This document shows, one piece after another, positions 45,601 to 60,600 of a stretch of DNA of 64,000 bases; position 1 is the first letter of the stretch; each line of letters begins with the position of its first letter. The notes below the pieces were generated by a model. It ran no database searches. It was not told where the DNA came from and saw nothing but the letters and a program-made list of their open reading frames with translations. The stretch spans positions 329,439 through 393,438 of the forward strand of contig RHPI01003041.1 of NCBI GenBank assembly GCA_009103225.1, read 5' to 3'. Source of the stretch: Chlorokybus atmophyticus. Taxonomy: Eukaryota; Plantae; Mesostigma and Chlorokybus algae. The position numbers and the translations under genes were made by a program.

Positions 45601-48600
45601 TGTTTCTCTGCCTCCTGGTCTTTCGCATCATCGTCACCCCACAGCTTCTCATCAACAACATCACCCTGGTTCTGCACATGGCAATAACGTCACTTAAGTG
45701 CAAGTTCAACCGACAGGTCAGCCCTTTAGCTTATCCTGGCTTGACCTCCTACCTGCAAGTCACCCATTTCTTGCGGGAGTGGTTCTGCGTCGTCTTCTTC
45801 GTTCTGTTCATAGTCTTCGTCCTCCGAGATGTCATGCATGGCGCCCTCAAAGTCCTGCTGCATCTCAACGCCCTTGTCGTCTGGGCCTTCTGCGCCCTTC
45901 TCTGCATCTGGGCCCTTTTGCTGCAGCAAGCAACCGTCAGTACCAAGTGTTCAGGCATACATCTATGATGTGCTGTGAACAACTGTCACCTGATCACCAA
46001 GCAACTGGTCCTCGTTCTCTATCTCATCCGAGACATCCTTTCGACCCTCTCCCTCACCCATGCCTGTACCTTCAGCTTCCTGCGAAGGAGCAAGAGAGAG
46101 TGTGTGCATGTGTGCACATGCGCGCGTGCACAAGTCATGTGTAAGCACGCACATGTGTGCCTTGATGCGTGCTTGCGGACACATATTGTGAAGTTCATTG
46201 CATACGGTTGCAATCATCAACTATGGCGTCCTACCTGCTCAAACTTTCCATTGCCATCCTTGCCATCCGCCTCCTCTTTCGGGGTGCAAAAGCCCTCACG
46301 CAAAAGAGTCACCAGCACAGATGACACGATGTATCCCAGCTTGGCCACCTGTAAACTACCCATGAGAACCAGAACGGACACCTCTTTCTAAGCAAAGATT
46401 GTTCGAAGCAACAGTCCTGCTTACCGCTTTGTGCATTGCCACGTAATCGGCCAGGAGTACACGCGTGGTATCGGCAATGAGCCTCAGCGGTGCCGACAAC
46501 CTTTGCAGCAAAGCCACTTGACCCGCTACTAGATGCTGCCCATGCGAGTGCACATTGCATGCATCCACAGTAGAACCCTGGTTTCAGCAAGTCAGATAAA
46601 CAGACTCTGCTGCTGATTGATAGGTACCACGTTGACTAAACAAGACCATCCTTACCAGAGCAGTCATCAGCTGAAGCATGGCAAAGGTGAGCTGCTCCGT
46701 CCGCAATGATGTAAGCTGAGCCTCCATGCGATCAGCAGCGTGCATCATGGAAGGCATTACGTCAGCATCATCGTCGTTCTCACTGCTGCTAACAGCATGC
46801 AGCTTCTGCACTGCCAGCAGCAGTTCCTTGACGACCCCTTCATACAGCTCTGAAAATTTTGTGGATACCGTTTCATCATGCGTATCAGCCTCAACTGCGG
46901 TCACCTCGACTGAAATGCTGCTGTTGGTTTCATCTTCAACAGCATTGCGAAGCGCATCGACCATGATGCTCCAACCAGGCGGCTGCCAGTCAGTAGCCGC
47001 GCTTGCAAACCGCTCATGCAACTCACGAAGCACGGCTTGGTTCTGTTGCAGAGTAGTGTGCACGCTGGATGTCAACAGTACAAACTGCGCTACACTGCCA
47101 ACAGGCAGCATGCCCACCGCATTGTCCAGAGCACCCTTGGACTCCTGAAGCTGACCAAGCGCTTCTGCAACTAAGCAGCGGCAGGCTGTGATTGTAGGAC
47201 CGAGGCGTGAAGATGTCTCAACATCAGCGATATTTCTGAAGTACGCCAAGCCATCGATGAAGGTAAGCACCAACGCATCCAGCGAGCATCTTTGCCAGAG
47301 CAACCACTCTCTTGTTTGCCTCTGGGGCGGCAATTTGGAGTCCAACATATTTACGACATCCGCAACTCGCTCCAGCTGCACATGTGAAGTGGTAGTTGCC
47401 AGCAACAAGCGCCTCTGCTTGCGCTGAATGTGCAACAGATGCGCGCTTCCTCGGACTGACAGCTCAACTTCACGCAAGCTCAGGTCTTTGTTGAACTCAT
47501 TGGCGCTTTGTGCCAGCTGCTGTGCTAGGGCAACATTCCGTAGATAATAACTATCGGCCTTGCCCCACAGTGTTGATGGCTCGCCAGCCTCCATGGCACC
47601 AGCCTTGTGAAATCTGTGCGTGTACAAACAAATTACCCCGAGCTGCTGCAAACATGTAAATGAGAAGGAGCATAGCAACCATTGATACCAAACACGGCCT
47701 GCTGACCTGGCCAGGTGCTCGCCAACACCATGCATTGGAGGCTCATGAAACCATGCATTTGAATCACGCTCGGCCGCAGGGACGGCTGACAAGTTGGTCG
47801 ACACCCCTTGCTCTTGAAGCACTCGAACATAATCAGTGAAGGCCTTCTTCTTTACAGCGGTCTTTGCATTGCCGGACCTCAACTCCGTGACACGCCTGAG
47901 AATTACTGCACCAAGGTCGTCGACGGTATGCGCGCCTTCCACCGAACCCACCCTGCTGATGCCGCCTACGAGCTGCTGCATGCGCGACCAGAGGTTTGAC
48001 AACCGATTCTGATACAGAGTTGTGTCATCAAGGCGCAAAGCATCCCGCATTCTTGCAATTGCGGTGCTGTCCTTGGGTCGATGGAGCACCGCATCAACAT
48101 TGTCCACATTGACCACTGTTGGGAAGTGCACTAACAGCGGGAGCACTGAGGGCTTCTCTGTGGCGTCTGTATCTCGGCTTGCTTCAGGCTCTTTTGCAAC
48201 AGTGTTGGTTGCTTGCTGAACACCAAGCCCGGATGCTTCTGCCTTGAATACTTGCATGACGGGCTTGCGTAACACGGCGTCGTACTTCTGGGACAGCTTG
48301 TGCAGTTTGCGATGCGCTTTGTCTGCTGATGCTGCCATGGCGTAATAATTATGGTCCTCCCACTTGGAAAGTTTAACAAAATCCTTCAGCTCCTGCTCTA
48401 CTGACGCTTTGTCTGGAAAATAAAACAACAATGTCACTGAGACAATGATTGCAAGGCACAGAAGCTGAAAGTAGCAGACAGACAGGAACACATGCATATT
48501 AACACGTGGCATGTCCGCTTGACTGCATGACATGATGCAATTGTGGTACAATCAGTGCACTTACCTGTGGCAATTGCAGCTTCAATATGAGGGACAAACT

Positions 48601-51600
48601 GCCTGTAGTAACTGTGAAGATTGTACAGAACAAAGCTCAGGCGCCTGGCTCCATCAATGCTGATCTGGCCAGGGGCAATATTGGCCGAGACGAATGCGGT
48701 CAGCTCTGCATAAAAGCCTTGCAGGAGCTGGAGACGCATCTCATACTCGCCACTGGAGGATGTCTGTACAAACTGTTCCAACGCCGCCGTGCTTTCGCGC
48801 AAGTCTGCCTCCCAATCCTCCGCAAATGGGCGATGTACCAAGTCATACAACCTGAACCACAAGCGCCGTGCGCTCAACCGATGTTTGCCAGCGACCTCTT
48901 CCAACACTGCCGGCCAGGATGCAAGCTCCAGTTGGCGCCAGCGAGCAATGAGCTTGGCAACAGTCTCGAGCTGTGATGCAATGGACACGTGCCTTGCTGC
49001 GTTCTGCTCCCATGTCTGCGCGCGCGAGAGCAGCAGCTCTGCCCCAACCAGAAACTGCATCAGCGGGGCCGTGAGTGGCATGCTCAACAGTCGCTCGCAG
49101 ATAGCCAACAACTGCAGCAGCAGTGGGTTGTCTTGCCATTCCTGAAGCAACTCCCTGACCCTATGCACAAGTGCAATAACAGGTTCAACCAGGAGAGCCG
49201 CCTCCCGAATGCATGGCTTCTTGTTTAGGCTGACCAAGGAAGCCTCTCCTGCCTCAGTGAGTTTCTGCCATTCAGTAGCAAGACGCAATGCGTGCCCGGA
49301 TACAGCACGACTGTCCGCCATGAACGGCAACGGCTGAGCATGGTACTCCAGCACGTGCCTGCCAAGGTCATACCGCTGCAAGAATGAGCTCTGTGCCACT
49401 TGCAAGATTGCTTCCCGGTCTGTGGCATCAGTGTTGCTGGACACCAGACCAGTGAACGTTCTGTAATGCGCAGCAACGACATCCTGTAGGACAACAGATG
49501 TCAGCAGCACGCTCAGATCACACGACCACAGCAACGCAAGCTGCAGAGAGCGTACCTCCAAGATCTCTTGTTCAATCTGCAAGGTGCCAAGCTTTGGCGA
49601 GGCACGCGCAACGGCAACAGGCGGCTGCAAGACCCCATCAGGTGTAAAGTCCTCTGCATCCCTGACATCTGCAAACGTTGCATGGTAATCCGGGAACAAC
49701 TCCTGATAGGAGGCCTCGTCCATCTCCTCCTCAGTAAGAGGCGCCTGCAACAAGTACTCATGTCAGCAAGCCATCTGAGCAGCTTTCAATTGACAAAGGA
49801 TTGACAAAGGATGCGGCTTTCACAAGCGACCAAAGTTTCACAACTCGTGCAATAACGATGCCACCCAAGACCCTTACAGAGTCCTTGGTCTTGTACAAGG
49901 CTGCCTCCTCTTCTTCCTTGGCTCGCTGCTGCTCCGCAGCAACTCGCCATGCCGTCACCAGCCTCTCCAGCAGCGCAGCGACAGGTTGGAGAGCGGAGCT
50001 GTCCAAAGCTCCGCCTCTATACAGCTGCTTGCATGCATCGATTAGATCTGTGCGCAGCGCTAACAGTGCCAATCTTGCAGTCTCGGCATCTGTGACGGTT
50101 GGTGCCATCAGCGAGGACACATCATCCCGACTACGTTGGATGTATGCACGAGGAAAAGTCATGCTTGCCATCACCGACTGTTGCACTGTCTCCGCTGGGA
50201 GCGTTTGTGCCCCATTGAGCATCATAAGCCCATGTTTCAGTTCCAGTAATGCATGCTCAATCGGCTGTGTGATATCTCTGTATAATGGGTAGCGTTGCAG
50301 CCTCAGCAGCAATGAGTCGATGCTGTGTTGCCAGATGGAAGCCTGCTGTATGCTCTCTGAGGTAACATTGTGCTGAAGGGAAGCTATCAACGAAGCGGCT
50401 TTGGCAATGGACGCCAAGGCAGATGTAAACCCCAGAATGTCTTGGCGCAAATCTCCAAACTGTGATGGGTCAGGGCGGATAAAAGCCTTCGCCCGTGCGC
50501 GTTCAGCTTCCGCTAGCAATGCGGATTCTCTAGACACCAGCCTTTCAATGGAAGAATCTGTGTCTGCGCCGAGCTCGTAGCCAACAATGTATCGGGTGGT
50601 GGCCAGTTCAATACGCACATCAGAAATTGCAGAAGTCAACTGTGCCAGCTTCTGGGTTTGCTTGGCCACTGGATCGCAGTTGTCTTCTGGTTGCAGCAAA
50701 TGAAGCCGAGCAGCACCAATGTATGCCCACAAACTGCCAATCATGGCCAGTGCCGCTGACGATGAAGGCACAGCTTCACACAATGTGCGGAAAGCAGGGA
50801 GCAGCAAAGGCTCAAGAACCAGCAGGAACCGTGCATGAGAAGCACTTCGTAGGATGCGTGCGACAGAACTGTACAACGCATCAGACTCAGAACGATCATG
50901 GCTGCCGATGCCATGCAGCATCTGAAGCAACCGCTGAAACAAATGCACAAGTTCCGGCGCACTGCTGTCAGGCATTGCGGAGCGATGCGCCAGAACCATC
51001 TGTATCAGGAGACTACCGCAGGCTGCTACTAGTGAGCGCACGTCTGCCTGTGTATCTGTCAGCAGACCGCGTACAGCCAACTGTAGTTGCGCTCGGCGCG
51101 CAGGTAAGTCTCTCAGCTCGGACTGCGCAGCAGCCAACTTCAAGGCTACAGACGTGCGCACAGCCGTCCATGTTGGTATGGCAGAGGCAGTCACATGCCA
51201 CCTGTACCAGTAATCTTGCACCAGCTGCGGGAGGAGTTTCTCGGCGTCCTGCCCGGCATTGACAATCCAGAGAAGTTGCTGGTGGGCAGCAAAGTCCAAA
51301 GGAGACCGCGTTGTGTTTGCCGTAGACCATTGCACCGCAGCACTGGTGGCATTGAGCATGTCCTGTGTCAACTTGAGCTCGTCAAGGCTGCAGGCGGCTC
51401 GCGTGAGTGCTGCCCAAACCATGATGTCTTTGTGGAGACTTTGCACATGAAGCATAGGCGACAGCTGTGCCTGCAGCGCTCGGACACGAGGAGAGACCAA
51501 CACCTTGGGCGCAAAAGCCAGGCAGAAGCCATTCGCGTTCAGCATCTCACTCCAGTTGGCTGCAGGTATGTGCTCCATGCCAGCATCAGAGCACTCAATA

Positions 51601-54600
51601 AGTGCACGGAAGTCATTGAGCCTGTTCTGCAGCAGTGCGGACAGTTCAGTCATCTGTGCTTGTTGATCAGGCTGCATGCCGGCATGTGGGTGTTGGCCAT
51701 GATAAAAGCAAGCGACCTCCAGAACAGCCTGCTTGAAGTCATCTGTAACGACCAAGGCAAGCGCATTCTCTTCAACAGCCTTTGCATCAAACTGGTAGCA
51801 GCTGATGCTTTGGCACAGTGTTGTTATCATCATCTCCTGCTCACAGAGTTCCAGTGTGCGTTGTAGCTGGGGATGGCCACCGCCTTTCCACAGCAAGAAT
51901 TTGCAAGGCGTCTGAGACAGCCCACAGGCTTCATTGACCAGTCTAGCAATCTGCAGAAGGCGCTGCCAGCTGTCACTTCCATGAGCGGACACAGCGTGAA
52001 GCCGCACCAGAGCACCCTTCAGCAGTTGCCAGCACGCTACCAATGCAACTGGCTGGACTGTTTGCTGCAGAAGCTGATGCTGCAATCCGCTCTGCCAAAG
52101 CTGCACTACTTCAATTGCATCTTCTATTGCAAGTGTCCATGCTGCGCTGGGCTTGAGAAGATCAGACAAGACAGTGCCCAACATAGTCAGGAAAGGGTAC
52201 ACCAACGGCACAAGTGGATGCTGAGTGCGCTGTCGTGAACGCTCAGCTGGGCGTGTATGGCTTTCATATGACGCATGGAGGTTGGTGACTTGATCAGCGA
52301 CAGAGGCTGTCTGCTGGTATTCCAAAGCCAAGTGGCGCCTCAGTAGCAATCGCTTGCGATACAGCTTCAACAACTCTTCACTCAAAGGCAAGCCATCTGC
52401 CAACGTCATCAGCAGCACAGAATGGTCACTCATTGGCAGCATCCTGGACAACTCCTGCAGCGACAGGTACGAATGTCAGTCAATGTGCTTGGTGAGCATT
52501 CAAGCAACAAAGAGCTGGCACAAGCAGCGATTGCTGTGGAGCCGGCTATACCTGTGGCATGTGCAGCTCCAAAAGCGCTGTCCAGATGGGGTGCTCAACT
52601 TCGCGTTGCAGAACCCAGACGAACTGCTCAATGGCTGCATGAAGCCGATCTGTTTGTTCCTTGCTCACGGCATCCGCATATGCCAACGCCCAAAACAGGC
52701 GCAGTGCATGGTCCAAGGGTGTTGCACGACCAATAAACCAAGCGGCGGCGAACCACACATGCTGCAGGGTGACATCGGATAATCCAATCACTGACGCGGG
52801 CTGCCCTGTAGCCGTCGCACGCTGCACTGCGGAAATGATGCGCAACAATGGCACTGCATCACGCAAAACACTTGCACTGGCGGAGTCTGTTGACAAGCGG
52901 GATATGCCAGGGGCTGCTACTGGTGATGCGGTGGCATCAGGTTCCGACACTTGCAAGTGCTCAAGCAGCAGAGGCCTTGCAGCATCCTTGATTGGATACA
53001 GACGATGCAGACTGGCTGCAAGAGCTTGTTGTACCGGTACACCCCATTGCCGTAGTTCCTGAAGAGTCCGCGCCCACAGCTGCAGCTTGCGCATCTGCGA
53101 TCATCGTAAACATCATACTTTCATACCATGCAAGCCCTCAAACCATGGATGTCAGTGTTGAACGCAACTGCCAAGTTGTAAATTGTACTCACCGAGATAG
53201 GACCTTGCGATAAAAACGCTATCTGTTTGTGAAGAGTCCACATTGTCTGTTGCATGTCCTCAGCTACGCCATGCGCAGCCAACACGTCAGCAGCATCATG
53301 GGCAGCAGCTACTGATGCAGAGGACTTGCTGTCAGCAAGTGCGGGAAGAAATAGCTCAATTCCACGATTGCGCATGGCACGCGACACCTCCCCGTACTTG
53401 GGATCCACCGTCAAGAAGAGTCTGAACTGCGGGTGCGTCTGAACAACGAGGGGTTTGCCATCAACCAGCCCTCTCTCATTGACAAGCAAGGTGCCATCAG
53501 GCTCCAAAAGAGAGTTCAGCCTGTCCAGTACAGTGGGGTGGCACAGATTCGCATTGTCTAGCAGTACCCACTCCCCGTCTTGGATGGCCTTTAACAGTGC
53601 GCCACTCACCCACTCAAAACGTCCCCCTATAATGAGTGCGAAAGTAAGTAAATAAAGAAAGTAACAATAGCAGGCCGCAAGCATGCGTCGACCATTGCAA
53701 TGCAGCAACTTGTATGATCGCAACAGCACCTGCACTGGACGATGCGGAAGCCTTGAGCGCTTGGACATCACGAAGTAGTCGTGAGGCAGAGTGCTGCAGC
53801 TCAGCGCTACTGAGAACAGCGTTGCATGCCTCATGAAGCTGGTCTGCAAGCTGGCCCAAGAGTTGCACCGCTGTAGTATCCAGCTCAGCGCCAGCACTTG
53901 AAAGGCCAGGCACACCAGCACGGTTGTGGTATGCATGCCATGTGCCAAGGAGCGATGACACGTGCTGCAGGCTTTGTAGCATCAGGCTGTGATCAGCATT
54001 GCCTTCAGGACTGCTGTGCACTGGTACAACAAGCAGCTGAGAAGCCACTTGCTGTAACAATTCATGAGCTCTGCCTGATAGCTCTCCCAGCTTGCGGTTG
54101 GGGTCGTATTGCTCAAAGCAGCCAAGCAGATCGGACGTATCTGTTGCATTTGTTAGGGAGTACTCATGTAGCGTGCTGCCTGTGATCTGCGCTAGCATGC
54201 GCACGAGAGACGTTTTGCCTGCAGATGTCGGACCGACAAGGTTGCACATCCACCCTTGTTGCACACAGCGCATCAGACTTTTTACATGCCATGCTGTTGA
54301 TCTCAAAAACTGCATCTGTGTGCGGGTCTCGGGTTGTGGCTGCGGATGTCGAGTGAGTTGCACTGAACCAACCTGCACATTGCACAACACACAGCCTCAG
54401 CAAGCTGTGTATCCGTACACTAATATGCAGCATACAAAGCAACCCAACAAGACACCTCAAGCAGCTATGCAAAAGAGCGCAGTGTCAAGCAACCTGTAAG
54501 GAGTCTGGTGAGATGAAAACAGGGGGATGGGTGTCGTTTTGTGCTGAAGCCCCGAACACTGTGCTGTACAGGTCTCTAATATGTTGACGGTCTTCTTCAG

Positions 54601-57600
54601 TGCGCATTCTTTGAACGTAAAGCATGTCCAAGTATGCACCAGGGTCGGCTTGACTGCCATCTGTGAGCCAACAAGTTCGGCATGAGTGCAGCGATAGATA
54701 CAGGAGAACACACCTCACTTGGTATGCCCCTCTAGTAGGTGCCAAGCAAACACTACCAATGAACATGACCACCGTGTAACCAACCTGAGCACAAATGGCA
54801 CCACCGAAGTACATCACGCAGGTTGAACTCCCAGGGTCCGCCCTGCTGTCCAAACTTGCGCGCAACCATAGTCGCATGGTGCAGTCTACTGTTGAACTCT
54901 ATCATCTTTTCTCGAGTGTCTTCACGTAGCTTTGGGTACAGTGCCGAGCAGATAAACCTCAGGTCTGCAGCCTGCAAGAGCTCCACGTGCACGCGAGTAA
55001 ACCTGTTGAGAAAGCTCTTTGGCAAGCCTTTGCGGCCACCGCCCTGCTGTATTGGGTTCTGGCAAGCAAAGATCCTGAATGTCTTGGGACAGGCGTATGT
55101 CTGGCCAAGTTCTGGTATGAACACCTCCGCGCGATGGTCCAACACAGAATTAAGACCTTCCAACACAGACTGCGATGCAAGGTTCAACTCGTCGAGCAAC
55201 ACCCAGTCTCCAGCTTTCAACGCCTGCATCGCAACTCCCGTCATGTGTGTGACATAGCAAATTGTGCAATATTGTTTGGTGTGATCAAGACTGTGTGCTG
55301 CCTGCTTGACTGCAAACGCCTGGCCTGAGGCTAAACACGCATGCAGCTCAAAAGGAGCATTGCCATCCCTCTAGCGCTCACTGACCAGCAGTCATACATG
55401 CAAGATGAAAGCTGCAAACAATCAAAGGATGGCGCAAAAGTGAAGTGCTTAGCCATTGCCAAGCTCAACACATACCAAGAACAAATCTTGCAGAGTGCCC
55501 ATTGGTCGTCCCCGCATTTACTGAAGATCACTACAAATGCAGGAACAAAACAGCAAGCTTGCAAGGTGTACCTGCAAGAAGACACCATCTGACCACCAGA
55601 ACTCGCCACCTTTCCCACCGTCAACAGGCAAATCGGAGCCCAGCAGATCCATCATGTCCGTCTGTTTAGAACCACCACGAGCAGACCATCAATTGCAATA
55701 CAAAGGCGCTATAGTTTTACACTTGCGTCTACTGCCTTTATTGAGAGTGCCCATATGCATATAGGAATACCTGTTCAGACAGGTTGATACGGACCAGGCG
55801 ATGGCCAGATGCTGCTGCGATGGCCGACACCAAACTGGTCTTACCCACGCCAGGGTCGCCCTCCAGAAGCACAGGCTTGGGGAGCTGCATAGCGCGCAAC
55901 AAGCGCATGGCATTGGCTGCTGTAGTAGGAGCATCCAGCTGAAATGGAGCGCCCGCAATACTGTGGTGACCTGATGCTCAGGGTGAGACAAAGTATACAT
56001 TCGGCAATGACGACAGATTGCAACACTTGGCAAGCCACATGCACCTTTGGATATGTAGAAAGGCATGAGGCCAAACTGCTCTGGAGAGCCCTCCTCCACT
56101 TGCATGCTATCCGTTTCGGCTGTCAATGCCGATGCTGTGGTTCCGTTCGCATGCGGCTGTTGGCCTGGAGTTGTGCATGAAACTTGCACCGCCAGGCGGG
56201 ACTCAACTGGTAATTGCTGCAGCAAAAACTGCAAGCCCTCAGCACGCAGCTGTCGAACTGCTTCATCTGGCATGCCCAAGCCTGCCAAACACATGCACAA
56301 TAGTGTCACTTGGGGATCAGGGCATACTTCATACAACACGCGCATCTCAATGTCACAGTAGTAACAACACACCCACCTGCACCCAAGCCATCCAAGATCA
56401 CCAGGAATGCACCGTGTACATAGGATGCGTGCAAGCCCACTCTGCTGTGTGCAGTGACGATGAAGGCTGCCCACGCCAGCAGATCCCTGATGGACATGAC
56501 ACGCCTTGAGCCTTGGCGCGCATGCAGCCACTGCAATGCAGCGATTGCGTCATATGGCCGTGTTGTGAAGGACTGGTGGATTCAGTACATGCAAACAGCG
56601 TGTGGGGCCATTACCTGCCAAAAGTCCAGCAAAGGGTCTGATAAGGTGCGTAATGCGGCCGACTGTAGTCTGTCATCCAAAATGGCTCGCAAGTCAGAAA
56701 CGTCTGATATAGCAGGCACCCATATCTCAGTAAAGCGGTTTCGCAGCGCTGGAGAAAGCTCCCGCTTGCCAAAATCTCCACCCGGGTTCATCGTGGCCAA
56801 CAGCAGGAACCCAGGTTGAGCTTGCACGGCTTGAATAGTCTTACCACCTTGCTCTGCCAGCACCTGTCAACAACCCATGAGTGCTTGATGGTGTGGTGTG
56901 GCACTCTCAAGCATACACAGACTGCAACGATGCCTTCCGTGTGAACACTCGGTGGCTTGGCAACACTTGTTGCACAGCCTGGTGTGTCAGCAAGTGTTGT
57001 GGCCTGTGTACGGGTATATAGCGTAACCTTCCCTATGTGGCATGCACTTACCAGCAAACGTTTTGGCTCTAGCACTGGGTTCAAGCGTTCTAAGACAGCA
57101 TCCTCAGCGAGCGATATCTCATCCACAAGCAAGAGCTCTCCTTGCTTCATTGCTTTGACAAGGGGTCCATCTTCCCAGACAAAGAGGCCATTGTACCGGA
57201 TCTGCAGGCATGCACGTCAGCAACTACACTCCAGACACAACGCAGACACTTGCACAAATTTTGCAAACTAACCTGCAGATCTCGCAACTCGCTCAAAGCT
57301 GCTTGTGCTGCTTGCGTTTGCTCAGCGCTAGCCTTCTTGTCATTGTTGCGCTTGCCGGAACCCTTCATCCAAGAACCCAGTGCGGCCTCCAAGGCGCCAA
57401 GTACTTGATATGCATCCGTGATGTCTGTGGAGACCTGGAAACCACCCGGAGTAAAAAGACTGCTATAACCGAGTAAACCGTCCTCAGGGAAAAGCTGTTT
57501 GCACATAGCAGTACTATACCTCTGCTGCAGTTGCAAAGGCAGGCAGCTTCAACGCACTTGCAAGGGCGCGACTATAACTAACGATGATGTGCTGGCGATC

Positions 57601-60600
57601 ACGAACTGGCCGGTAACCCTGTCGCCAGACAGTTAAACTGAATCAGTCATGATCTTATGCACCAAATAACACCATGACAGACATGAAACAACAGCGTACC
57701 CCAATGAAGTCTGACGTCTCAGTGTGTTGATGACAGTTCAGAATCCGCAAGTTGCGTCCCAGCAGCAGCGCCATCAATTGGCACACGGACGTCTTGCCAG
57801 TGCCAGTCTCACCAACCAACAGCACCGGTTCATCATGTCGAGCACAGGCCTCAACCAAGACGAGCAATCGCTGCATGGCACGCGTCCAGACAACCCGCCC
57901 AATGCTGGAATCTGCCGTAGATGACAAGATTGACTGCAATCTCATCACAGCCTCTGCCCCCTGTAAACCATTGCATGAGTGTGGTCACAAGCGACCCAAC
58001 ACACCACTAAGATCAGCGCAGGTGCTGGATCACTAACTTCGTAAAAGCTGCTTGGGTCAAATTGAACTCTCAGATGTTTCTGCAGAGTCTGTTGAACGAT
58101 GCTGCGCTCCTCAGGATGCCTTAGGCGCTCAGCTAAAATCATGTAACCATCGCGAGCAAGCCCCTCATAGCCCTGTCACAGAAGATAAAGAGAGTCCATT
58201 AGTGGGGGTGCGCGGTACACGCAATGCAATCCAGCAGCACAGAACAAGACAGTGAGGAAACATACATTGGCGCGACGCAACGCCCATCTGAAAAGGTCTC
58301 GCAAGGTTATGAAGCCATGCTTGCCAGCAAAAACATCGCTGCTTTGCCGCTGGCGTTGCAGATCTCTCATAATTTCCACTAGTTTATTGGCATAGCTAGG
58401 AGGGATGAGACAACGCTGCTGCAATATGGTTGACAACTCGTCATGCGGGATATCATCTATATGGAGCTCCATGAAGCGGTTTCGAAATGCACGCGACAGC
58501 ACCTGCTCGTACATAAGGCATCATTGTACAGACACATGCATGCCAGTCATCCACTTGGCTGACTACCCAGCTCTCCAATGTTAACAAACAAACTATATGG
58601 AGGTTGCAAGGACCTCAGAGAGAAGATTGTGGTGATCATGGCTGTACCAGCTCATATGACACGCATGAATAAGTGTTTTCATCAGCGGTCCTTGCAATGT
58701 GGTGACGTGAATGCCAATATAGCTATAAAGCACAGAACTGAAGGAAGCTACGCAAACTCATGAGTGCCATAGTGTTCTTTGTTGACTGCTTGAAGCAGCA
58801 AGACATCTCAGAGAGAAGATTGTGGTGATCATGGCTGAATCAGCTCATATGACACGCATGAAAAGTGTTCTCATCAACGGCTCTTGCACAACAAGTGGCA
58901 ATTGATGTAGCGTCCAATACGTTGCAAGATGGTACTGCACACATGAACAATTTAGGTCAAGGATCTTACCTTGCGACCGCCGTACAAGCCTGGTGGGTTT
59001 TGTGTTGCAAACAGCATGAAATGGGGATGTGGCTTCACTGTGACCTGTAGTACAAATTGTGAGGTGCATTGAAGAGATAACCGCAAGTCCATGGGCACCA
59101 AGAGTTGCACACATAGCTCGACGAAACGCACTACAAACTCCTCATCTACACATGCTATACAGCTGCTTGACAATTCTCACCTGCAACTCAGGTAGGAAAA
59201 GCTCTCTGTTGTCATCAAGGAGCCTGTTCAACGCCTCCAGAACATCCGAAGGTGCCTGAAAATGCACATTCTAAGGACCACACCAACCGATGCCACCTAC
59301 AGCACAAGCAGAAAACCAACAACTTACCAAATTCAACTCGTCCAAGACGATCCAGTGCCCATTGCGCACTGCATCAACAAGTGCACCTTCCTGTATCAAA
59401 ACCACTTCAGCGTGTACAGTGTCATTCAATGTAGCACAGCGGCCCAGCCAACACTGTAGATGCTTACCTGGAACACCAGCTTTCCGGAAGAATCCGAAAC
59501 ATATGTGCCAAGATATTCCTAAGCATGATCACACAATCAGCCAAGGGAGGCAACCACAAGAGTTGTCGAAATTACCACATGACCTAAACACGCCTAGCCT
59601 ACCCGCGCGTGCATGGTACCTGCAGATCCGTCTGCTCATGGTTGTTGATACGGACAAACTTGTGGCCTGTCTGCTCGGCCAAAAACTCCACCATGCTTGT
59701 CTTGCCACTGGATGTGGGGCCCTGATGGCAAAGTCAACCAACACGTGTCACAACCAGAGCGAAAACTCTGTATGTAGGAGCACACTAGTTATGCAGGGCC
59801 ATGTCACAGTGCTGACGATATGCAACGGCACCATAACGGACCTGCAGAAGCACTGGATATCTGCGCATTAGCACTGCACGAGCAATGTTGTGTAGATGCA
59901 TTCTGACACTCTTGGTCAATACGTATGGTGAACCACCAGCCTCGTTTGGTGGGGACAACGGCTGAGGCCCGCGTTCAAGCCAGAAACTCTCAACCTTCAC
60001 GTAGTTGTCGCCAGGGGATGGTGGAATGCGCTGAACAGTCTTGATGGGAACGCCTTTCAGAAGCTGTTTGTCTAGAAGCTTCTCCAGAGCCGGCATGCAG
60101 TCGTTTTGCAGCAGCGTTAGAAAGCACATGCAAAACCCGTCATACAGCGCCCGTTGAAACCCGTACACCGTCATAGCCGACCTCGTGTACTCCAGCGCTC
60201 GTGCCAACGTCCTCAAACTGTACTGTGGTTTCTGATTGGCGCCATCAACCAGGCGGTCATCCGCCATAGCTCTCGCCGCTAAATAGAAGTCAATAATGTC
60301 ATCAACAGGGGGTTGTGGAATTGAGTCCCTGAGATAGTAGTGCACAAATTCACGCAAGTCTTCACGATTCACCATCTCGTCCACAAAAACCTCTGTAAAC
60401 TTGTTTTTTAGCGCGGCTGGCAGCTGTCGCTTGCCGACATCTGTCGCAGGGTTCATGCAAGCAAACACCCTGAAGTTGGGGTGTCGGACTACCGCTTCCA
60501 CATCTCCTCGCTCTGTCAAGCATACTGACCCCCCTGTGTCCAACAATCCACTGAGCCTTTCCAGCGTCTCCGCAGGGGCCAGATTGACTTCATCCAACAG

